A DNA stretch of 64,000 nucleotides, taken from an uncultured bacterium (lineage in GTDB: Bacteria; Patescibacteriota; Gracilibacteria; Absconditabacterales; Absconditicoccaceae). The notes under the pieces were generated by a model. That model saw only the letters and a list, made by a program, of their open reading frames with translations. It was not told the DNA's origin and did not search any database. Position 1 is the first letter of the stretch, and the number at the start of each line of letters is the position of its first letter. The translations under genes and the position numbers were made by a program. The stretch is from positions 3,175-67,174 of the forward strand of contig CALMFT010000032.1 of assembly GCA_937862565.1 (NCBI GenBank). The letters run 5' to 3'. Positions 25,384-37,045 of the stretch are shown here, one piece after another.

Positions 25384-26208
25384 ATGTCAAATACTATTTT
25401 TTTGACAAATCCAAGTCATATAGATATAATATACTATGTTTATTTTATAAATAAATGCATCTTGGAAACACTAGATACCAATCAACAGCCTATTAACTCA
25501 GATATCGTTAGTCAACAAGCGAATTTTATCCAAAAGCAAAATAAAGTTGCTGAGATAAAATACAAAATTTTTGCGTTTGTACTCTTGATTCTGTGTATTT
25601 GGTTTTGGGGATCGCTTGAATCCAAAATAGCCGAAGTAGATGCGCTTCATACCAATATTTCTGATATTAAAAATACAAATCAACTCTTAGATATCAAAAT
25701 CAAAAGTGATCAAACAAATAAAAAAATAATCTGATTAGCTAAAGAACAGTACGATCTTATCGTAAACTGTATTAATAAAAGAATCTGTAGTGGTATTACT
25801 ACTAACAAAGAAATCAGTTCCAATCTCGATAATCTCAGAACATTCTATCTTACTAATAAACTTGAAGGTACGAAAATGTCTATCGATCAAAAGCTTGTAC
25901 TCAAGGCAATCGATGATTATCTCCTCAAGAAAGACGGTAATAGTATTGGTCAAATTCAATCCATTACCTATGGTGAACAAGTAACGGTAAACGAAGAAAA
26001 AGGAATATTTAAACTCCCTATCAATGTACAAATTGAATTCTTTAATAAAGAAGAGTTTGTTAATTATATTCTGAATACTGAAAAATATCTTGATCCAGCA
26101 CTAAAATATCGTGTTTTCTTCAAGATTGTGAGCATGAATTATAATATTGCCAACTATGAAAGTCTTCAAAAAGTAACCATGCTTATGGAAGTGTACTATT
26201 ATAGGTAA
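25384..26208 (+). CDS. membrane-anchored coiled-coil protein, possibly a pilus-assembly (PilO-like) component
   Basis: Pieces 25384-25734 and 25876-26208 share a frame. It has a single TM helix (KIFAFVLLILCIWFW) followed by a coiled coil. The start is uncertain because a consensus promoter lies inside the 5' end. It is divergent from pilC. Confidence 0.35.
25402..25430 (+). promoter_or_regulatory. sigma-70-like promoter (TTGACA-17 nt-TATAAT)
   Basis: Perfect hexamers at 25402-25407 and 25425-25430 with a 17-nt spacer. Confidence 0.5.
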
Positions 26209-26328
26209 TCATTGTATGCTTAATATTTTTCAGAAAAATAAATTATATTACTAATAGTTATCTTACAATAATTGTATAATTCAACTTTTTATTTATAAAG
26301 ATAATATATTATCTTTTCACTGCCTAAT

Positions 26329-27096
26329 ATGAAATTATTAAACTTAATTACAGTACTCTATGAAGAGGACCCCAATCAATATAAGCTCGACATCGAAACC
26401 AATAAAAATCCTACTGAAGAAAAAGACTCGTCTAATGATAAACTCGATCGTGGAGAAGAACTAATAAAAGCTTTACAGGTTGAGCAAGAAACATCAAATA
26501 CTATAGATATAGAAGATTATGTTAAAAAAGGTAAAATCCTTACGTGTGATCAAACATGCACAGAGGAAAAAATTTTGTATTATTGTAGAATCCCAAAATT
26601 AAATCTTGATCTCACAAATATTCTTCAGACTATAAAAGATAAAATAGTGGAAGTAGAATGAAATCTTATTGATTTGTGAGTCTCATATTCTTATATGAAT
26701 CTTACTACCATTGGTGGGCATGCAATATTTACTGAACTTACAAATGCAAAATGACTTAAAGCGCTCAATTTTATTGTTAAAGATGCTAATTTTCGAAGAC
26801 TCCCAAATGCTGACGGGCTAGATGTTCTTAATTATATAGGCAAGCATGCAAATTTTCGAATTCTTAAAAATTCAAAGGGTTTAAAATCATTGTCTATTAT
26901 TGGTGGCAGTGCAGCTTTTTATGAGCTTCCCTTTTCAGAAGGATTAGAATCATTGTGATTTATTCGTAAGCATGCACATTTTAACGAACTTACCAATGGC
27001 GGTGGTTTGAGATCACTAAGTCATATTGGTAATGAAAGATTTTTTGCTAAACTCACTTACGAAGAAAAACAAAAAATCCCTGTTTTGAGAATTTAA
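26329..27096 (+). CDS. leucine-rich-repeat (BspA/LRR_5-like) protein
   Basis: The piece 26329-26661 is extended through 4 TGA codons. It carries ~23-aa repeats such as L.SL..IGG.A.F.EL....GL. Confidence 0.5.
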
Positions 27097-27164
27097 TTTG
27101 TTAATTTCTTTCTATTAACATCTTAAAATAAAAAATGTTGAATGATTATGAGCAAAAAAATTAC

Positions 27165-27200
27165 AAAAACACTGCCCTGTTATAGGACAGTGTTTTTTTC
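27165..27200. terminator. bidirectional terminator between convergent genes
   Basis: A5-ACACTGCC...GGACAGTGT-T7. Confidence 0.6.
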
Positions 27201-27216
27201 TTAATGGAAATTCAGA

Positions 27217-29772
27217 TTATTTTTTCTTCATCTTAAACTTACTATTTGGTACAGCTGCAGATTCTCCGTCTTTCTTCTCTTCCCAAGGTCTATATACCAT
27301 AACAATGTTGTTGTTGGTAATCTGAGCGAGTGTTGCCTCTGGTTCATCAAGTTTCATAGTATCGTTGTGTAAGGTCTTGAGTTCTTCATTATCGAGTTTG
27401 ACACGGATATTTCCTTCATTGATTGGTAAGGCTCCAAGCATTGATTCAGTACGTTTTATGGTTGCACTGAGTTGCCCTGTTTTCGCTCTACGAGATTTTT
27501 TGAGATCATCTACATTGAGTAAGAGAGCAGAGTTATTTGAGTATACTAAGATAAATTCTTCATCTGTATATCTAAACATACTTGCTATGCTATCATCGCC
27601 TTTGAGATCAATTGCTTTTACTCCTGCGGCACCTTTTCACATTGGTCTGAGTTCTCCTTCTGGGAATAATAACAATTGTCCTTGTTTAGAGATAATACCA
27701 AGATGTTCTTTATCCTTGGTAGGCACTACAGATATAATGTGTTCATCTTTCTCCAATCCCATTACTACTGTTGGGAATTTTTTGAAACTCAATAAGAGAT
27801 CTTTTTTAATCTTCTTGAGTGTATTATTATTACTGAGCATACACAGGTAATCATAGTCATCTTCCATAGTCTCACATAATACTACTTTACCTTTGAGTCC
27901 TCGGAATTTAACAGGATCAAGCGGGTCTGACTTTGGAGTATGAGATGGTAAATCTTTAAGTCTATGAATTACGAGCTCTCCAATATCTGTGATAACTATT
28001 AGTTTATCTTGATTGTTTGTATAGACCATATGCACTGTTTCTTCTGCAATGTTCATAATTCTTGTTTGATATACTATTTTTACCTTACTTTCATTATCAA
28101 TGAGACAAATTACATCTTCTTTTTTGAGATCTTGGAGTTTGATGAGTTTCTTGAAATCTCCAGACATATTTCCTACATCATCACTGATTTCAGTTCTTCT
28201 AGGATCAGCAAATTTATTTTTCACTTCTTCAAGTTCCTGAGTAACTACTTCATCGAGTTTAGCAGGATTATTAATAATATTTCTAAGTTCTTCCACGAGA
28301 GCTTTTTTCTCTCCCATTTCATCAAGTACTTTCTGGATTTCTAATCCTACCAATCTACCCAAAGTAAGCTTGAGGATAAAGTCAGCTTGAACATCAGTAA
28401 AATCAAACTCTTTTATCAATCTTTCTTTTGCTTCATCAGTAGTTTGACTAGACCTGATTATAACAATAATAGCATCAATGATATCAATCGCTCTTTGTAG
28501 ACCTTCAAGAATATGTAATCTATCTTCAGCTTTTGCTAATTGGAATTTTGATCTTCTTAGTACTACAATTCTTCTAAAATCAATAAACTCTTGTAATAGA
28601 TCCTTGATATTAAGGAGTTTTGGTTGACTTGCATCTTCTACTAAGGTTACATTATTTACTGAGAAAGTAGTTTGTAAGCTTGTATATTTATATATTTGTA
28701 ATAATATTTCCTGTGGATCAAATCCTTTCTTCACTTCAATGCTCACTCTGATAATAGTATTTGCTGATTCATCAATAATATCTGTGATACCTTCTATCTT
28801 TTTATCACCTACGAGTTCTCCTATTTTTTCCACTATGGTAGCTTTATTGGCTTGATAAGGAATCTCATCAATAATAATAAATACGCCATTTTTACCTTCT
28901 TCAATATGTGTTTTTCCTCTTACGATAATACTTCCTTTTCCTTTTCTATAAATTTCTTTAATATTCTGACTATCAAACATTATTCCTCCGGTTGGAAAAT
29001 CTGGACCCTTAATGACATTCATGATTTCATCTATAGACAGCTCACCACTTTTTTCAGTTATTTCTTCTTCTATTATTTCTTCTTCTCCAGCTTCATTGAG
29101 GATGGTAGAGGTTTTGGTTTTTGTAATTTCAATTGGGTTTCTTGCTCTTTCCATCATCAAAAGCATAGTTTCAATGACTTCACCAAGATTGTGAGGAGGC
29201 ATATTTGTCGCCATTCCTACTGCAATACCCATGGTACCATTACAGAGGTGATTTGGGAATCTAGTAGGTAAATATCTCGGTTCTTTAGTGCTATTATCGT
29301 AATTATTTCTTCGATCTACTGTATCTTCATTGATATTTTCTAACATATATTCTGAAAGCTTAGTCATTTTTACCTCCGTATATCTTGAGGCAGCTGCACC
29401 ATCTCCATCGATACTACCAAAGTTACCTTGTCCATCCACCAACGGATATCTCATTGAAAAATCCTGTGCAAATCTAACCATTGCTTCATAAATAGAACTA
29501 TCACCATGTGGATGATATTTACCCATAGTTTCTCCTACAACAGTAGCTGATTTTCTATATTTACCAGCAGAACCAACTCCCATATCATACATAGAGTACA
29601 AAATTCTTCTATGTACAGGTTTGAGACCATCTCTGGTATCAGGTAAGGCTCTCATCACAATAACCGACATCGCATAATCTACGAACGATTGAGAAATTTC
29701 AGATTCAATAGGTTGATTAATAATATTTTTGTCTTCTGGCGTGAAAAGATCCTTTCAAGAAGCTTGAGTCAT
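27217..29772 (-). CDS. gyrA: DNA gyrase subunit A
   Basis: Pieces 27637-29670 and 27217-27579 share a frame. RALPDTRDGLKPVHRRILY, GKYHPHGDSSIYEAMVR and the beta-pinwheel RPM[TGA]KGAAGV are present. ATG at 29772. Confidence 0.92.
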
Positions 29773-29916
29773 AGCAAATAATCTGTATAATTAAATGGGT
29801 TAAACGGTTTGATAAGCTCAATAGATAATTATTATATTTGATTTTGCAAAAGCTTATAGACTGATAAATGCACTATCTATTTACAAATAAATTTTTGAAA
29901 TGGTTTTATTTTGTAT

Positions 29917-31707
29917 TTATTCTCTTTCGGCAAGTTCAAACCATCTTTTTTCTTTTTGTTCTCCAAGCTTCACCAACTCACTCAGCTCTTTACTGAGTAA
30001 TACAATTTTATCAGAATCCAAATCTTCTTGAAAAGCAGCATTTATCTCATCTTTTCTCATATCCAATGTGGCTATTTCATTACCGAGTTGTTCAAATTCA
30101 CGTTGCTCATGATAGCTCAGTTTCTTAGGGATTATCTTCTCTTTTTTGATTTCTTCCTGTATATCTACTTCCTCATCTTTCTGATTATTTTTTTTCTTTG
30201 ATTTCACAATTTCAGTCTTATTATTTTTATAATCACTATAATTACCTCGATAATCTCAGATTTTACCTTCTCATTCAAACACCAAAACGTGCTCTACAAG
30301 CTTATCTAAGAAATATCTATCATGAGAAATTATCAATAAACATCCAGCATACTTCATCAAGAAATCTTCCAAAATCGTCATGGTTTCTATGTCTAGATCA
30401 TTGGTTGGCTCATCCAAAACGAGAACATTAGGATTTTTGATGAGGGTAATACACAGTTGAAGACGCTTGCGCTCTCCCCCACTCAATCCAAACACCTTAG
30501 ATTGTTGCTGTCTAGGATCAAAAAGGAAATTTTCCAATAACAAGGAAGCTGATATTCTTTTGTTTCAGATAATCATCGCTTCTGCAAACTGTTTGATATA
30601 TTCTATAATAGTCAGGTTCGTATCTTCAATCTGCTCAGATTGACGGTAATAACCGAGAGTTACAGTAGGACCAAATTGCACATCCCCGCTATCATAAGGT
30701 TCCAGCCCAGCAATGATATTTACCAGCGTAGATTTCCCCATTCCATTGTCTCCCAATATTCCGATACGCTCGCCCTGTTGCAGATTATAGGTAAAATCTT
30801 TAATAATAATCTGATCTCCAAATGCTTTATTGAGCTTATTAATCTTGATAATTTTACCTCCCAGTCTTCTTTCTTCCACTGAAAGTTCAATCTTCTTGGA
30901 TTGCTTGAACTGTATATCTTTCTTCTCATAAAAGTCAGTTTTGATCTCTTTGAAGTCTGCTATTCTATCCACTTTTTTAGTTTGTCTTCCACTTGGAGCT
31001 CTTTTCATCCATGCAAGTTCCGCTGTATACAGCTGTTTGAGCTTATGTAACTGAGTAATTTCCATCTCTTCACGCTCAGATTTTTTGTACAAATATTTTT
31101 GATAGTTACCCTCATATTGATGGAGTTTTCCTTTGTTGAGCTCTCGAATGTCTGTACAGACACGTTCCAGAAAATACCTATCATGGGTAATCATAAACAC
31201 GGTGATATGTGACCTTTTGAGATAGTTTTCCAATCGATTGATCATATCAATATCCAGATGATTGGTCGGTTCATCAAGCAGTAAAAACTGCGGTTCATGC
31301 ATCAAAGCTTTCGCCAACTCCACGCGTTTACGCTCTCCTCCTGACAATATATTGATTGATTTCTCTAGCAAAGGCTTCAGATTCAGAATATTTATCATTT
31401 TATTAATCTTCACTTCATGCTCTCGATCTTCTTGTGTTATAGATTTTAAATATTCAGACACTAATTCGCTGCTGGCATTTTCGCTTTGTTGTGCTAAGAA
31501 AGTAATTTCTATACTCTTATTGAAAAGAATATCTCCATCATCAACTTGTTCAAGCCCTTGGAGTAATCTAAATAAAGTAGATTTCCCTGCTCCATTCTTT
31601 GCTACCAAAGCAACCTTTTGTCCTTTTGTAATAGCAAAATCTACCCCGTTGAGTAGAGGTTTTAGTCCATATGATTTATGTAAGTTTTTTACTTGGAGAT
31701 AATGCAT
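29917..31707 (-). CDS. ABC-F family ATPase (Uup/EttA-like)
   Basis: Pieces 30565-31707, 30271-30543 and 29917-30207 share one frame. Two NBDs are present (GAGKSTL...LSGGERKR...LLLDEPTNHLD and GMGKSTL...LSGGERKR...LVLDEPTNDLD), followed by a C-terminal coiled coil. Confidence 0.85.
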
Positions 31708-31719
31708 AATTACGTACTA

Positions 31720-33885
31720 CTATACTTTTCTTTTCTTTGATTTCAATTGTTTGATTTCTGCAATATCTTTATCAAAGATTTTAGCGAGCAATTGGAATCG
31801 TGTTTCTTCAATAAAATAATCATTATTATCAGACTTGTGAATACCACATTTGCCAGCTAAAAATGTTAATGCTTTTATTTTTTTATTTAACATTATCTTG
31901 AATTCTTTTGTTCTTCGTATTATACCTTGAACAGCTAAAAATTCTAAAGTTTTTTGTTCTGTTCCTTTTCCAAAATCTTCCATGACTCTTTGTTTAATAA
32001 GTTCGGGAGTAATAATATCCATTTCGATAGGAGTATCAAAAATTTTAGCCAGTAATTCATACCAAACATCTTCTTTATAATATTCCCCATTTTTCTCTCT
32101 GAATATTCAATATGTCTTAGCCATAACTATTACTGACATTGTTTCATCTTGTCATTCTGGAGTAATTTTGAAGATTTCTTTTATCCAAGTTAAGTTTTTG
32201 AGAAGCAAAAAATTTAGAGCCTTCTGTCCGGTGGGTTTTCATTCTTTTGAAGTTCCATACTTTTCAATGATAGCTTTTTTTATGAACGTCTGTTTTCTTT
32301 TGATAATATATTCTTTATTTAAGCCGAAAAATTTACTTAAAAATTCTTCTCGTGCACCTTGAGTATAGTAATCATTACTTTTCTCTCTATGCACGTCAAA
32401 TAAAGTATAAAGAGCCATAAGTTTTATTTCTTGGTGTCAATATTCTATTTTAAATTGGCTTTTTGATCGAGAGGATTCTTTAGACATTAGAAAATCTTGA
32501 GTTTTTTGAATATCTCCATCACCATACGTTTCAATTATCTTTTTTCTTGCGATATCAGGAGTTAGTATTTCAGTATGAAATTCTTTATCAAAAATTTTTC
32601 ATAAAAGTTCATACCATGCACTATCTTTAAAATATTCTGAAGAAGATTTTTTTTGTATTCAAAAGAGTTTTGCAATCCTAACAGTACCTATATTTTCACC
32701 ATTATAAACTATTCTAAAATTAGCCACTCTCCATGCATGACCATGAGAAAGCAAGAATTCTTCTGATTTTTGTACGCTAATACTTCCATCTTCAAGCTTT
32801 CCGAAGGTTTCTAGGATATTTTCTTTTACTGCTTTTAATACAAAAGCATCCGGCTTTAATGTTTTTTTCTTTCCAGTATGAGAGCTAGTGCTTGTTTTTT
32901 TAGTAATTTTTTCGAATGGTTCAACTTTACATTCAAAAATTTTACCTAATAATTCAAATCGAGCACTATCTGCATAAAGTTCATGGAAATCTTCTCTATA
33001 AACCTTATATTGTTTTGCAAAAAATACTAAAGGTTTCCATGCTCCATTTATCGATACTTTGAAAAATTCCTTTCTCCATCTAATAGTTTGTTTATGTAAA
33101 AATCCCAAAACTTCTTCTTGCGTAAGATGAATTCAATCTTTATTAGAAAATTTCTGAATAATAGCTTTTTTAAGACTATTCTTATCCAAGTATACGATAT
33201 CATTTTTTATTCTTATTTTTTTTCACTGAGTATTTTTGGTTTTTGTATTATGCTGTCGAGCACTATCTTCTAAAGATTGAGCTAATTTATGTGTATATAA
33301 TGCGGAAAGTGGTTTTACAACTTCTTCAGAAGCAACTTCTGGAAGTATATTTAGATTTTGTAGTGATTTAGATGTTGTTCGTTCATTCATTCGTTCTTCT
33401 TTGGTTTTTCCTTCTCAGCTTGATTGAGATCCACTACTTTTATTTAGATTATTTTTGCTAATCTCTCTTAGTTTTTGTTTGAGTCTAAATATACTGAGAT
33501 CTTGTGGCCAAATTCCAAGTTGATTATCTACGTTAGCAAGACCTAGTAAAGACTGATCGATACTTACAAGTTTTTGTGCTACTTCATGTATATTAGGAAT
33601 TTTCAAAGTGCTTATGTTTCCCAAGTGATTACCTCTATCAAGAGTTTCAATAACATCTACTTTTGTACGTGCTTTACTTTTCCAGCTTATTTTTATCTCT
33701 TCTATTATTTCGATAACTTCATCAAGTCCCATTACACCATATTGTAAAAAATCTTTAATAATCTGAGAAATATCTTCTTGAGCTTTTTGTAAAAAATCCA
33801 CTGAAGCATTTTTACTTTGTAATTGATTTTTCAGTTGTACATGATTTCTCGGGAGAGAAAGACTTGGATTTGTATCTTGAGACAT
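31720..33885 (-). CDS. tandem-repeat protein B (721 aa), paralog of 22395-24230, directly downstream of pilB
   Basis: Pieces 33415-33885, 32659-33108 and 31720-32022 share one frame and are bridged by TGA-containing sequence. There are 5 diverged copies of the same ~95-aa module (...EFLL.....W......FKI......IG......F.REK...Y..D.WYELL.KIFD). The N-terminus ISQIIKDFLQYG resembles ISDSIKDFLRHP of protein A. Confidence 0.55.
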
Positions 33886-33915
33886 ATACTAAAATATCAA
33901 TTTAAATACCTTCTT

Positions 33916-35481
33916 TTATACTACTCTTCTTACTTCATCCATCGTAGTCATACCTTTATATACTTTGATAAGAGCATCATCAAGCATGGTAACATATCAT
34001 TTCTCTCTCAGACCATCAATCATATCCAATCCGAGTTTTCCTTCGAGAATCATTTTACGATCTTCTTCCGTAGGTTCAAAAATTTCAGACACTGCTACTC
34101 TTCCGCTAAATCATTCACCTTTCATATTGGGTTCAAAAATTGTCGGTTTACCATCAATATAGTCTGGATAATGTTTATGAACATATTCTAATTCTTCATC
34201 AAGTTCAGAATCTTCAAATTTAAAGTTTTTAACAGGAATCTTATCATCAGCAAGTTTTCTCATCAATCTTTGACCGATAATCATATTGAGAGCTGGAGCC
34301 AATAAGTAAGGTTTTACACCCAAGTTGAGTAATCTAGAAATAGTGTCCAAAGCATTGTTGGTATGGAGAGTAGAAAATACCAAATGCCCTGTAAGTGCAG
34401 CATTTATGGCAGCGTTGGCAGTGTCTAAATCTCTAATTTCTCATACAAGAATAATGTCAGGGTCATGTCTAAGTACTGCTCTTACTCCATCTGCAAAATT
34501 ATATCATTGATCTTCATGAATTTGAGATTGTTGAATACCAGGAATTTCATATTCCACTGGGTCTTCGAGAGTTACTATTTTTACATCTGGATTATTGAGG
34601 TAAGCCAACATACTATACAATGTTGTAGTTTTACCACTTCCAGTAGGACCCGTTACGAGAATAAGTCCTGTATTTTTTTCTATATTACGTGTCAATACTG
34701 GTATATGATAGGGAGCAAAGCCAATATCACTAAAGGTCATGATAGATTTTCCACTATCCAAAAATCTAATTACTACAGATTCTCCCCTCAATCCAGGCAT
34801 AAACGAGACTCTGGCATCAATTTTTCTAGGGTTTTTATCTGTTCGTACTTGAAAATCAAACCTTCCATCTTGTGGTACTTCAGATACATTCATCTTTACT
34901 CAGGACATATATTTTATCTTCATAAGATAGACTGCAAATTCTTGATGAGTCAAAGAAGCTACTGTTTCCAATATACCATTTCTTCTGAGCCTCAGCATTA
35001 CCGCTTGTTGTTCACCTTGTAAGTGCATATCACTCGCTCCAGATTGAAAAGATAATCTTACCAATTCTGTGATGAGATCTACTTCAGAAAATTCTCCTCT
35101 GTGTTCTAGGGTTTTTTTGATCTCTTCCACTGCTTTTTCACCTACTACTTCAAGTCTATAATCCTTTCTCAATTCAAGTTGTTTTTCATAATCTAACATC
35201 TGATCATATCGACCCAATGCAATTTTAAATCCTACATCGTCAGTATAATATACATCTACAATATAATTCTTTTTTTGAAGACTAGAAATAATCTGATCTA
35301 CTTTATCGGCTACATTATTAGTAGTAAGAAGCGATAATTGTTGACCTTGTACTCATTTTTTCTCCCATACCAATACCTGATCTTGTATTGCTTGTTCCTT
35401 AGGAATAAGTTTCAAAACGTCAAAATTGGCTTTCAATCAAGCAATATCAGTAGGCTGAAGGATACGATTTTCTGAGTTCAA
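33916..35481 (-). CDS. pilB: type IV pilus / T2SS assembly ATPase PilB/GspE
   Basis: Pieces 34900-35217, 34504-34893 and 34111-34383 share one frame. Walker A is [10 protein letters not shown], the Asp box is [15 protein letters not shown] is present, and there is an N-terminal GSPII_E_N-like domain. The start is uncertain (TTG at 35481 is consistent with the promoter at 35515-35543). TAA at 33916. Confidence 0.85.
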
Positions 35482-35514
35482 AGCACTAATGAGGAGTAAT
35501 AAAAATATCACTCA

Positions 35515-35543
35515 ATTATACCCAACAAGCTTGAAAAAGTCAA
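35515..35543 (-). promoter_or_regulatory. sigma-70-like promoter for pilB (TTGACT-17 nt-TATAAT on the minus strand)
   Basis: -35 at 35543-35538 and -10 at 35520-35515, with a 17-nt spacer. Confidence 0.5.
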
Positions 35544-35623
35544 ATACTTGTGGGCGGAATTGCTTGATTTTGAAATTGAAGAGTTTATAATAAAAAAATA
35601 TATTCTTGAGCACTCATTTTTTC

Positions 35624-37018
35624 ATGAAATCCCAAACTACCAATGATTTTCTCAATTCTTTGGGCTTTACTCCAGCGCCTTTTTTTCATGAATATTGAAG
35701 TATAAATGAAGTAATTGCTAGCTGCATGGACCAAAAAGTAAAAAATGATCTCGATAATCTTGATATAGAATTTGATGGATTGGTTATCAAAGTAAATGAT
35801 AATAATCTGAGAGAATTACTGGGTTCTACTAATCATCATCCTAGACGAGCAATTGCCTACAAATATCCTGCTAAACAAGCTAGAACAATCATAAATACCA
35901 TAGAACGACAGGTAGGAAGAACAGGGATTCTTACTCCTGTAGCCAATATTCAGCCTGTTTCACTTTCTGGAGTAACTATTTCAAGAGTAGCTCTCCACAA
36001 TCCAGATTTCATCAGAGAGAAGGATATTCACATTGGTGATAATGTCATCATCCAAAGATCAGGGGAAGTAATTCCTTACATTGTGTGCACAATACCTGAA
36101 TTGCGCGATGGTAGTGAGACTGAAGTCACTAAACCCGAATTTTGCCCTGTATGTAAAGAATCAATACATGAACATATTGCCGAATCAGGTAATACAAGCT
36201 ATTATTGTCTCAATATTATATGTCCAGCAAGTGTAAAAGAGAAAATCAAACACTTCGTAAGTCGTGATATGATGGATATAGAAGGAATGGGAGATGCGAT
36301 TATTGATGCAATGGTAGATCATCAGATTATCAGTACTTATGCAGACCTATACCTCCTTCCTCAACCTCAAATCAGGATGGTAGTAAAAAATATTCCTGGG
36401 ATGGGAGATAAAAAAATAGACTGAATTATCAAAGGATTAGAAAATTCCAAAACAAAAGATCTTCACAAAATAATCTACGCTCTTGGTATCCCTCAAGTGG
36501 GAGAAAAAACCGCTAAGATACTGGTAGATCATATCAAAAAAGACTCCAATTTTCATACTCGAGAGATAAATCCACTTGATAAACTTATACATTATCTAAG
36601 TGATCAAGAATTTCTTAGCTCAATACATTCTGTTTGACCTCAAACTATAGAGAACATGATTGACTGGATGAAACATCAAGGAAATATTGAGATTCTGAAA
36701 AAACTTGAGACTTATGGAGTGCAGTTTGGGAACTTTGAAGAAGAGAGAGTTGGCTCTCAAAGACTACAATATCTCAGATTTGCAGTAAGCGGAATATTTC
36801 CAATAAGCAGAGATCAGATTATTTCTACTTTCGTAAAACAAGGTGCTGTATACAATCCAAATATCACCAAAAATACCAATCTGGTTATCGCTGGACTCAA
36901 TCCTTCTAGCAAGATACAAAAAGCTCAAAAGCAGGATATAGAAATATCAGATGATCTCAAAGCTCTCGAATCAAGGTATGAAGTAGATTTTGGGATAGAA
37001 TCAGTGGGATTGTTTTAG
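35624..37018 (+). CDS. ligA: NAD-dependent DNA ligase LigA, N-terminally truncated (lacks domain Ia and the KxDG adenylation motif)
   Basis: Pieces 35726-36424 and 36656-37018 share a frame. The protein starts near motif IV (EFDGLVIKVN) and carries PR[CGA]AIAYKYP, the OB fold, a 4-Cys Zn finger (CPVC...C..IC), HhH and BRCT. An in-frame TAA at 35588 blocks any further N-terminal extension, and pilB occupies the upstream DNA. Confidence 0.75.
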
Positions 37019-37045
37019 ACTTCAAAATAATTATTATAAAGGGAT

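Noticed and set aside
27365-27850. Long plus-strand ORFs antisense to gyrA. Similar antisense ORFs include 28009-28344, 28852-29271, 31262-31702, 34465-35022, 57501-57971, 58557-58976, 11188-11520, 22981-23394 and 24402-24758.
   Set aside because: They lie opposite genes with strong family signatures and have low-complexity, Ser/Phe/Ile-rich sequences. They are shadow ORFs, which is typical of AT-rich DNA.
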